Below are positions 37,192 to 47,302 of a stretch of 64,000 nt of DNA, piece by piece. Origin of the DNA: Raillietiella orientalis (lineage: Eukaryota); assembly GCA_036172245.1 (NCBI GenBank), contig JAYWIR010000012.1, positions 1,798,001 to 1,862,000 on the forward strand, written 5' to 3'. The position numbers were made by a program, and so were the translations under genes. The stretch's first letter is position 1. Every line of letters starts with the position of its first letter. The notes below the pieces were generated by a model that searched no databases, was not told the DNA's origin, and was given only the letters and a program-made list of their open reading frames with translations.

Positions 37192-38744
37192 GCGGGAAGG
37201 AGCTTCCTCTTGCAGTCCTACTTCGTTTGTCCCCACTCCACCCAGGGAATGACTGATCAAGGCAGGGTAAGAGACTCTGGGCGCCCCTCATGCACCGGAT
37301 CAAGTGCCGAGCAGCCCCTCCCAGCTGGTGATGCTGGCTGGGCGAGATGTCGCGCTGTCCCACTCTCCTATTCTTGTACCATCTCGTCCTCTGGTAGCCC
37401 TCCCCATCCGTGGGGGACGCGTCCAGAAACAACCACTCCCTACAAGGGTTTCTCCCTAAGCATCACGGAGGGGGCGAGACCCTCGGCCTGGTCACTCATG
37501 GAGTCACGTGACCCGCAGGCATTGCGGGCCGAAAGAATAGGGGGAGCACCGCGATGTAACTGACTGGTTGGACCGCCCGACCCGCTCTACACTCCAATGC
37601 AGGGAGGCAGTCGCGGGTCTCGATTGCCCGTCACCGGCACGACGGTGGGAGACCTCGGCATTGCGGATGAGCTATCCACACGCAGGGGGCGCTCCCTAGC
37701 GACACGCCTCCCACGGCTCCTCCGCACCGAGAGGACTACCGTCAAGGCAGCAGCAGCAGCTGATGACCAGCGGCAAAGGGATTTTCCGAAGAAGACTGAA
37801 GGACAGCCCTCATCTCAGGTTCCTCTCCCGGGAGAACCGGTGCTGGTACCCCCGAAGCGCGCGCAGGTCGCACGTGTTGCCAGACGCAGGACGAGCGACC
37901 GCGAGTGGAACCCACGCGGTCCGACGGAAGGAGTCCCGCCCACAGGCGTGACCTCAGGGGCAAATTCCAGAGGAACGCCACCTTCAGTCTCTGCGCCTGG
38001 CTGACTGCGAGGCAGGGAAGGCGCTGCCCTCCCGATGACACTCGGGAAGCGCAAGAGGGAGGATCCGTTCGAAAAGGCACCGCGTACCTCTGCCGCCCCC
38101 GAAGAAAGGGCGTCGCGACTCGAACCCCCCCAAGGACTCGACCCTGAGGGTCACCTGACGGCTCAGCACCCCCTCGTTCACAAGAATGGCCAACACTGGT
38201 CCACGGAAGCTTTTCCTTCCATCCATCCGTCCCGGGGGTACCGGTGCTGCTGAGAGCCCGGGCAGGTCTTCGTCTTATGAAGACGGAGCGGATGCTGCCC
38301 ATGGAAACCGGCGACCGCGGGACCATTCTTTACAGAAAATTAGCATATCTTTGGAGGTCTGCGATGAAGACGCAGGGGACAGCCATCATGTCCAGTAGGG
38401 AGCAGGTCTTCAGGGGATCCATGCCATAGTTTGCAGGTGAGTACATAAGTGAATACATGCATGTATAAAAATAATTAAATAAATAAGTTCACAGGGTCGT
38501 CTACCTAGAGGACGGGAACGCAGGGGAGAAGACGGAGGAATCACTGGGTCAAAGGTCTTAGTTCTCAGGCAACGGTGCACTTCCACGACGTCACACCTGC
38601 TCTCCTCTGGCTCCACTTTGTTCAACGAACCTCTTCCCTCGAAAACGGGAACGCAGTGCTCGTGGTCGACTGACTGCACTGACGGAGCTCCAGCAAAGTT
38701 CAACCGCGGTGCGGCGCCAGCTCGTGGTGATTATTACCACCCGG

Positions 38745-39500
38745 TTATGCCGGGACATTTCTTACATTAAGCAACAAAAATGCAAAGATGTGGTAGAACT
38801 TGTGGTTCTACCACGTGCAGTGAACCTGCCGAATGCCGGTGCTCAGACCGACGAGGGTCGCTTCGGCAGTGTAAGGGGAGGAGAAACAAAAACAAAAAAA
38901 TTAAACACACAAAAGCAGGAGAGGGGAAATTATACAGGGGCAGAGGAAGGAGGGACTGAGGAAGGGATCACAGTACGCTGCCTGGCGTCCTCTACTTCCT
39001 GTTCAGGATGCTGGCAAGTTCCGTCCTTGTCCCGCCCAGGTAGGGTCATCTCGAGTCAGTCTTCAGGAAGATCCGCGTCCAGTGGATGGCCACTTCTTCT
39101 GGGGTTCCAGGTAGCCACAAAAGCAGAGAAATGCAAGGGACGTGGTTGGCGGCAGTGCGGTACGTGCGAAGAGGCGTTCGAGAATGTCCCTGAGGCCACC
39201 TGCCCCCCGGGGTTCCTAGCATCGTTGCGAGGCGATCCCAAAGGGGATGGAGGGAAGCAGAGTCCAGAAACAGGAGCGGGAGAGTCTTCTTCTTCCCTCA
39301 CCTGCGGCACGGAGCACCCAATCTCCCCCGTGTCCACTGATGAAGGTGTGCTTTGCACGGGATTCCCTCAAGAACCACCAGCAACGCCAACTCCCGCCAA
39401 TCGAGGGGGGAGGTGCCGTTGTTCCACCCTGGAGGCCACTTCACTTCCTCCAGAAGGATTCCAAGTAGAAGTTCTTGGGGTGGGGCATTCCGTCACTTCC
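38745..39500 (-). mobile_element. 5'-truncated L1/Tx1-like LINE relic, copy E
   Basis: LDWRELALLVVLEGIPCKAHLHQWTRGRLGAPCRR*GKKKTLPLLFLDS..LW is a degenerate CCHC region; long nucleotide match to copy A. Confidence 0.75.
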
Positions 39501-40190
39501 GGAGTTGTCCACCCGCCCAGAAGTTTCTTTGCGGCTGTGAGGCATGTGACTTCCCACCTTGAGGGGATTACGCTCTCCCTTGAGTCCCTTATGGTGGGCA
39601 GCATTGGGAGAAGCGGGGTGGACGAGGCCCACCGCATCTTCTACGAATTGCGGACGATCTCCTAAAACTAGACTTGCGAGCGTTGACCCCTCGCCGCAGA
39701 CAGGCTCACCCCGCCTCGTGGATCTTTCCCCAGGAGAAGACGGAACTCCTGGAGCCAGGCAGTGCAGTTCGCGGGGAGGCAGGAGATCCAGGTGTTCCCT
39801 CCACCAGGACAAGCATCCGGCGGAGTTGGCGTCCGCAATGCCTCAGCAATCTCTCGCAAGCGACGAGGAGGGACGTGAGTCCCTCGCAGCCGGTTGCACT
39901 CTTCGCGAGGAGTCGTGCTGTTGCGCACCAGGGAGTGGTCCATCATCTCGTCGCGAGGATGAGTCTCCTAAGTTGGAGCTGACGCTGAAGGAGGTCCGGT
40001 CCACCATCCCTATGCGGAGGTGGAAATCCTTTCGAGTTCTGCTTCCGCTGCTTTCCTTCCAGCTTTTTCTTTTTCTTTTGCTTCTCAAGGAAAGCTGAAG
40101 AACCGTTCGCCTCCTTGGGAAGGAGAGGGAGGAAACTCATAAAGCTCTTTCACGCTGTCTACCCACCCGAACGTGCGCCCGACCCTTACA

Positions 40191-40740
40191 GTTAGGGGGT
40201 AACCCCGGAGGGACCACTCTATGAATCCAGAAGGGCTCCTGAGGATAAAGTCCGTTCCTCTTAAGCTCGGGAGGGAACCCCGAAGGAAACCACCTCTTCT
40301 TGATTCTCTCCAGAGGAATACCAAAAGGGAGCGTCTACTTGTTTACTCCTCTAAGGGAATCCTGAAGAGAGCAGAGCGCTTCTTACGGGGGTTGCCTCTC
40401 CAGAGTTGGTTGATGCCCGCCTCGGGAGGCATCAACCAGCTGCATGGTACTCGATGTAGGGTCCCTCTCGAGGGATAGGGTTCGGTTCCATTTTCACAAC
40501 CGGATGGGGAACCCCGAAGGGTTCCTTGATTCCTGGAAGGACCCCGGAGGGTTAGCTCCCAATCGCGGCAAGTCAACGAGGACATTCAGTTTCCGGCTTC
40601 CAATGCCTCACACGAATGTAGGCCGACCAGCGTTATCTTGCGACCAGCGTTATCTTGAATTCAAGATGCACCCTCCGTTCTTGGCGGGATTCGAACCCGC
40701 GACGCTCGGTGCCGCGCTCAGAGACCGCAGTCACACGGGG
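40191..40740 (-). mobile_element. tRNA-derived SINE, copy 3
   Basis: B-box at 40687-40697; ccggagggaccacYctatgaatccag shared with copy 1. Confidence 0.8.
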
Positions 40741-43700
40741 GAATCAGGGGAGCGATTCGCCGTGGCGATTCCCTGGTGGGAAGGCCGTCGAGCTTTGGAA
40801 GGAATCGCGCAGAAGATTCGTTGCGCTGTCTCTTGGGAGGGCGCGTGCCCAGTCGCTGCCATCATCTCCGGAGTCCCGAGAGGTAGATCAGCAGGTGGGG
40901 ATGGGTATCCTTCTTACCTCAACGGCCGCTGAGATGGGATGCCGCTCCCCTCGCAGCGTGATGCCTGGAGACGCCAGTGCCAAACGAGGATCGCGCTGTG
41001 CTGCGTACGGAGGGGGAGAGCAGAATCGAGGGAGGGACGCGCAAGCGGTCGGGTGCCACACAACCAGTAGGTGGCTCTATTCGCGTGGCTTAATGTTTCG
41101 GTGTCCGGATGGCTGTCCACCTTCGCTGCAGAGGCTTCGAAGCATTCCTCTCCACGAGCGGTGGTCCATCAGGGAACCCAGGGTCGTCCTGTCCACTCTG
41201 CGGACGTTTCCTTGACAGCAAGGCGCAGCCTCCTTTGCGGTCTCCCTCACTTTCGACGGCTCGGCTAGGGCACAAGAACAATCTTACAGGAGCGAAACGA
41301 AACTTGCTTTCCGCGATGACCAGGGTCTCCCTCTGCCAGAGCGGTCCACGGTCCAATGAAAAACGCTCTCCTTCAAGTGAGCGGAAAAGGAGATCGGCAG
41401 CTTTCGTGAGCTCTCCCCACGTCCGTCATTCTGGGATCAACTCTTCCGTCGAAGGATCTTAAGCAAAACCTACTGGCTTCCCCACGGGAACCCTGCGGCA
41501 GCCTAACTTGGCTCCAACCTTTCATCCCATTCCATCCTGGAGCCGAACACGCAGGAGCCACGGCGACGTGAGGAAGGAGAGGTACCGATCCTCCTGGAGG
41601 GAGTGACCCGAGCCCTCCTTCGCTCCCACAACGTTCATGCGAGTCCAGTGGGGTCTTCGACCTGCGAACCGATGGCACATCCCAGGCGTCTGCAGGTACC
41701 CCCCGACGCCGCCGTGAACTGCACACGCGCGCGCACGGGTGGGCGTTTGCGCAAATTTCGTTCGTCTCTTTCCGGAAAAGCGGGAAGCGCGACCGTCTAG
41801 ATTTAAGCACTTCGATTTCGGCCCTACAGCTCCTTCTTTCAACCTCGCCTCCCGAGATCTCCCTTTTTACACGCTCGCTCCCTTTTTACAATCATCGCGC
41901 GATGTACTTTCTGCGCGGCAACGCTTCACACGAATGGCGCGCGTGAGCACGGCTGCCATATCGTCCTTTGCGCACCCACCGCCCTGAATCTGCGATTCCC
42001 TCGACACGTATGCCAATTCACGAAGTGTGCAGCATTCCTGTGTGTGGAAGCATGTGTTTCTCGGTCGCTTCTTCCACGAAGATGAGCTCTGGACACCCAT
42101 TTCTAACACGCCATTACATGTATTATCATCATATGGGCGAGAGCTGGGTCAAATTTAGATTGAGAATATTATTGAATATGCTTCATTGCATCCAAGACAC
42201 TGCTGACCTAAATAATAAATTCACCAAATGGTAACGTGGAAATGGACAATGACAACTTATTAAGCAGTAATTGAGAATTCTAAACAATAGATGCATTTGA
42301 AAAGAAACTTGATAAATAACTGCCAGGGATGACGTGGATTCAACGGATTTTGCTATCGATATTGTTCCAAAGGTAAAACGCAACGAAAAATCAAATGGGC
42401 AGTAGAAGAAGATAAGAAGAAATTTTTGAAACTGATCCATCAAGTGATCAACTGCGACAAAGGAAGACATCGCATCTTAAGTGGAAAAGTACGCAAAAAT
42501 TAAGTAGGAACGGAGAACTTACGAAACCAATAAATGGATGCAAATGGCACAAGGAAGAACACAAACTGATAGAGGGATTGAAACAAGTGCCGATAAAATG
42601 AAACGGAATTGAGTTCTCTGGACACAGTATGGAGTGAAGTACCAGAGAGAAAGTTCCTGTCTTACGAAATAATTGTAACTTACGTCAACAAGTAGGCACG
42701 TAATTAACTACGTTTTCTGTAGGACGGGTTGTAGACTTGAATGATGGAAAGACAAGAGCATTCTAAGTATAACCTCTCGAAAACTGCGATCGAGTGAGAA
42801 AAGGACCCTTCGGGGATCTAAATACCAGTAAACATACCGTATCAAATCAATTTAATGTCAAATTAGATTCCTTCCCTGGAACACACAGAGTCGAACTTTT
42901 CAAAAAACGAAGTGACTGTTTCCAAACCTGGCTTTCACTATTTAAAGAAGAAATACCGTGTTTGGAATGGCATACCAGTGACCAGAGCTTCATCTTATTT
43001 GAATAAGATGAACCCCATCTTGAAAGGCCAATCAAGTGAAACTAATATATGCACTTAGTTACGTATACATGACCAGTGGCAGGCATTTCTTGGCGATCTA
43101 CGTTTACCCAAGAGTTCGTTCCATGCTAAAGCATTCAGCAGAAGTGAGGATGCTGGATGGAAATTGTTCATACACAGCCACTTTGTGAACTTTGCTCGAC
43201 AGTGGATGCTCCGTTGTGAACTACAGCAAACCAAATGCCGGAAGAAGACAACTACCGTAACAATAAAAAGGTTCCTAAAATACTGTCCATGATTTTCATA
43301 ATATTTAACGTTCGGAATATTAATTTGATGATATTATGCATAGATACAAGTTCTCGCATGAGTCCTCGATTCTTCATTTCATCATATTAATATTGTTTGG
43401 ACTGATTATTGATTTCAGTATTTTTAAGTAGTATGTTCCGTTTGTCTCATGGTTCTATACGTTTTTTGAGTAGCAGCAGAGAACTGACGTAATTAAATTT
43501 CTAAATCAGAAAGACCAGGAACAATTCACCACTTGATTTCATTCTTCATTAAGCGACGAATGCTGTTGCAATCTTGGTGTTTTACACAGCGGACATTATG
43601 TGCAAATGCCCCATGCTTTTGCATTTTCTTCAGTTACTTGGAATCGAAATTTCAAGAAATGTAAAGAATTCACTCTTGTTTAATCCTATGCAATGCTCAG

Positions 43701-44581
43701 GAATCACACTTTCTTGCTCACGCAAAAGTAGGAATAAAATACCCAGATCAAATCAAAATACTTAGGCGAAACACACAATATTTTATTATCATATCAATTC
43801 TGGCTACGGTTTTTTCAGAGAACTCTTTTAACATAAACTTCCTTTTTGAAAAGCACTGACACCACTGGATCGTTTATTTCGCCAAGAAATATTCTCATAT
43901 GACTTTTCAAATTAAAATTAAATTGCAACTTCAAATTTAAGCCAGCTATTAAAGAGTATGCAGCCAGTCAGAACTGCTAAGGAATCTTAAAAATCTTCTC
44001 TAAGAGAACTAAACTCATGTTGCGTTGAGCTGGCACTCAGAGATTTCACAGAAACATGGATACCAGACTACGGATGATGTAGCGTACTCGATGCAAAACA
44101 GATTTCTTTCAAGGATCGTGCAGATTCCAAGAGTTCAACGTCGTTAAGATGGCTATGATTTCGGCACCGTTCTTCTGCTCTTTACCTTCACCGTGATAAG
44201 TATCCAAAGCCCATTGCAAACTCGGAAGGCAATGACAAGTCCGCCTTCTTTCCGTTTACATCCCATCTCATTCCGTTCTCGCAAGCCAACATCGCACCGC
44301 TTGGTTTCTTCCACGCAGTGCTGAAGAAGTACGCGTTCAACACCACGAAGAGAACGCATAGAAATACTGCCATTAACTGAATAATTTTTTTTTTTGTTTT
44401 CACCCCATTCATTACTGCATAGGCGGATCCGTGCAAAGAAAATAATGCTCTACTCGCTAAACATGTGTCACACATAAGTTCATGAAATACACATGCTCTG
44501 CCGTTTTACCTTATCATCTGATTATGTATGTCGGGTTACTGATATGGAATCCAACCAAGCATCTATATAAAATGTAGCAAC

Positions 44582-44587
44582 TTTATT
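44582..44587 (-). terminator. polyadenylation signal after BTB exon C
   Basis: AATAAA on minus strand ~50 nt after the stop at 44638. Confidence 0.55.
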
Positions 44588-44637
44588 AAGAGTATGTGTT
44601 AAGCTGTCAGGTACAAGAAGCATGATCATTACTTCAG

Positions 44638-45284
44638 TCAAATTTCTGAAGTTTCATGTTGGAATTCCGCCATGTTTTTTGATTTCAAATTATCATCTTT
44701 TTCCAAATGTTTGTGATACACTTGAAAACATGGTACAAGGCAAAGGGTTCTCTTGCATTCCCTGCAATAATATTGACTCTTACGACGTACCATACGCCCT
44801 TGTTCATCAAGAGTATTCCAGCAGTAGCTACATGCAAGATGTGGACCATCTCGCTTGGAAGGGCAGTGCTCTGATGATGCTGCTACTCTTTGGCTGTATG
44901 CTACACTGGAAGAATGCTCCACTTCTCTCAACACCAATTCATGTAAAATGGAAGAGGACTCTGATAGGGAAGTTCTGCATTTGTCAACAGGCTCAGAAAA
45001 TGACCTCAGGACACCAGGGACATTAACTCTAGTGGCTTCTGGCAGAGAAAGAGTTCTTTCAGGAAAATAACTTGAATGTTCATGAACTAAGTGCACAACT
45101 GGTTCATCATTGATCTCAGAAGAATGCATGCGCTGAGGGACAGATTTGGCCATCGCACTAGGGTTCAAAGGTGCCAACATCTCATCTATGCTAGCACTTG
45201 ACTGTATGTCCTCCAAGTTCCCACTTCCCACACATGATTGCCGGTGAAGCTTTCTGCTCCGTTTTGCCCTCAGGTTCTGAGAGA
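44638..45284 (-). CDS. BTB gene alternative terminal exon C: piggyBac-type cysteine-rich zinc finger
   Basis: ccttgtctttttccag| phase-1 acceptor and 215 open codons. C-terminal CSYCWNTLDEQGRMVRRKSQYYCRECKRTLCLVPCFQVYH fits the piggyBac transposase C-terminal pattern CxxC...CxxC...LC..PCF..YH. Confidence 0.8.
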
Positions 45285-45332
45285 CTGGAAAAAGACAAGG
45301 CGTCATCATAAGATGGCAGCCTGAGATTGCCT

Positions 45333-45362
45333 GTGTGTGGGTGCACAGGGCAGCTGTCTGCA
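45333..45362 (-). promoter_or_regulatory. candidate splicing selector element for exon C
   Basis: Pre-mRNA CUGCCCUGUGCACCCACACAC is imperfectly complementary to docking GUGUGUGUUGCCAGGGGGCAG (7-bp and 6-bp perfect blocks). The adjacent UGCAGACAG is shared with selector B. Confidence 0.5.
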
Positions 45363-45365
45363 GAG

Positions 45366-45556
45366 CTACTTTCGAGTGTGCCGCACTTCTTCCCGCCGAG
45401 CTCGATACCACAGTGAGCTGGCATTCACGCGATAATACCGGGCGGCTTCCAGCAACCGCATCCGCCCACTTAGAACTGCTTCCTGGGCAAGGCTTAGCCG
45501 CTGCTTGGTTTCTTGCAACTGAGTTAAGCAGTAGTACTGGTGTGAGCGTGCCGAAC
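45366..45556 (-). CDS. BTB gene alternative terminal exon B: pipsqueak-type HTH
   Basis: ctgac...cctag| phase-1 acceptor (nearby alternatives exist); QETKQRLSLAQEAVLSGRMRLLEAARYYRVNASSLWYRARR fits the psq HTH pattern. Confidence 0.8.
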
Positions 45557-45616
45557 CTAGGCAACGCACTGCAGTCAGGCTATGCGCAGCACCCAAACAC
45601 AGAACTGTCTGCATTG

Positions 45617-45631
45617 TGCCAGGGGGCAGGG
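45617..45631 (-). promoter_or_regulatory. candidate splicing selector element for exon B
   Basis: + strand tgccagggggcaggg is the exact reverse complement of 46261-46275. Confidence 0.7.
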
Positions 45632-45765
45632 CAGCGTGCAATAAAAAGAACATGAGAGACTAACTAAACAACAAAATAAATAAAATAAACAGATTTATAT
45701 AGCGCCTTTCTATCACAATATTCAAGGCGCTGGGATATCTGGGCTCTGTTGCCAAACAGGAGACT

Positions 45766-46136
45766 CTATTGTAACAACGTATTCTGAGATGCTAGGGCAT
45801 TACTGGGGACATCACTTCTATGACGAGTACCAGGAAATCGGTTCCGGATAGGTAATCCCATTTTTTTATAGTGATTGTGCAAAGTCATTGTACTAAGCCC
45901 AAATGCCTTGGCTGCAGCCCTGAAGCCAAGCCCCCCTGTACACACAGCTTCTATAGCAAGGCGCAAGGCCTCAGGACTGGGCTTTTGTCGTTTTTTTAAA
46001 TAAATGCTATTGGACAATTGTGTAGAGGGGCTGCAATGCATTTCGCCTTGTGGGGAGATGGTTACAAACGGTTCAAGAGTGGGAAGGTACAAGCTTCTTG
46101 AGGATTGCGAAGTGGTTGGCGTCCAACCCGACAACC
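45766..46136 (-). CDS. BTB gene alternative terminal exon A: pipsqueak-type HTH
   Basis: ctgac...ttttcaccctag| phase-1 acceptor; KKRQKPSPEALRLAIEAVCTGGLGFRAAAKAFGLSTMTLHNHYKK. Confidence 0.85.
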
Positions 46137-46260
46137 CTAGGGTGAAAAGACATCTGTCAGGAGTGCTGCACTTCTACCAACAGATTAGAGCAATAGGAAA
46201 CGGTGCACTGAATAGAGAAACGAAATAAGGGGAAAATGCCGAGGCCTAGTAGGTATCCCA

Positions 46261-46283
46261 CCCTGCCCCCTGGCAACACACAC
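46261..46283 (-). promoter_or_regulatory. candidate docking site in the intron after the last common BTB exon
   Basis: Pre-mRNA GGUGUGUGUUGCCAGGGGGCAGGG ~80-100 nt downstream of the donor at 46360; complementary to elements before exons B and C. Confidence 0.7.
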
Positions 46284-46360
46284 CTCAAAACAAGGTAGTG
46301 CTTATGCATACTCTGTGCTCTGTAACCTCATTGCACACAAAAAGCCAAACAGAGAATTAC

Positions 46361-47302
46361 CTTGTGTAGTTGCTGGTTCATCTGAGGGGCCTGGATCTGA
46401 GGACTGTGTATGAAATGATTCTGAAGTACGATGTTCCTAATAGATAATTACACACATGACGCCAAAATTTAAGCCAACTCACTAATGCTTGGGTTTTAAT
46501 CTCATCCAGATTCTTACTTTCAGATAGAGTGGGACTAGATGGTGAACGTTCAGATGCTTCCTGCTTCACATTGAGAATAGGATAGTTTTCTTCTTGATCT
46601 TTTTAAGATTTAAATTGATTTATAGTACACCTTTTTACCTTCTTCCTGAAGCTTTCTCTTTTTAATAAGTTTACTGGATCCCTCAGTGGACCAAGAGGAA
46701 GGTGCTAAGTCATGCTGATCACTATCTTCTCCACTGTCCAAAAGCTTTTCTGATGGATAAATCTCACAAAGTCCTTTAACTTGCAAGTTACTTGCTGTCT
46801 ATGATTTAATAATAGATACAAATTATTCTACATCGACTAACCTTGAGGATACTTTGTAACTGATCCTGTGACACATTCACTTCACCTTTATACATATATT
46901 CAACAATAACTTTCAAGTGATCATAGCTCACATCTTTTAAAATTACAATGGGATGGCTAGTGGGATTCAACGAAAACAACTCCTAAAAATGAAGACTTAT
47001 GTAATAGAAGCAATATAATTAAAAATAATTTTGCATCTGAATAAATTTACCTATTTATTTAAAAAATATTCCATGCAGTATTCTAGCATAACCAAGTTGT
47101 AGCACAAAAAATTTTTAAACTACAACACATTTACCTTGAAGTATGGCGAGCAAGCAGATAGAATGAGCTTGTGAGCTTGCAAATGTTTACCTTCAGCAGC
47201 TAGGGTGACATCAACAAAGGATTCATTTAGAAGCAATTCAGAAAATGTGAAAATGAAATTAGGTTGATGCTGATTCCAGCGTAGGCAATATTGATGTGCC
47301 AT
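46361..47302 (-). CDS. tramtrack-type BTB/POZ transcription factor, common exons 47302-47135, 46982-46842, 46798-46639, 46598-46483, 46436-46361
   Basis: MAHQYCLRWNQHQPNF...FVDVTLAAEGKHLQAHKLILSACSPYFK|ELF...HPIVILKDV...IVEYMYKGEVNVSQDQLQSILK|TASNLQVKGL. GT-AG introns of 152, 43, 40 and 46 nt keep the frame. It ends ...TTQ-G in phase 1 at |gtaatt. HQPNF recalls the BtbVII group, but orthology is not verified. Confidence 0.93.

Noticed and set aside
36157..37260. 367-aa antisense ORF over TSSK
   Set aside because: Shadow ORF produced by the extreme GC3 bias of the kinase CDS; no domain.
44153..44377. Further phase-1 terminal exon for the BTB gene
   Set aside because: Frame is open but the acceptor is weak, there is no recognisable domain, and it lies beyond the exon C poly(A) signal.
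44638..45564. 308-aa ORF as a stand-alone piggyBac transposase
   Set aside because: No catalytic core or TIRs recognised. The 5' part overlaps exon B in another frame; only 45284-44638 fits an exon.
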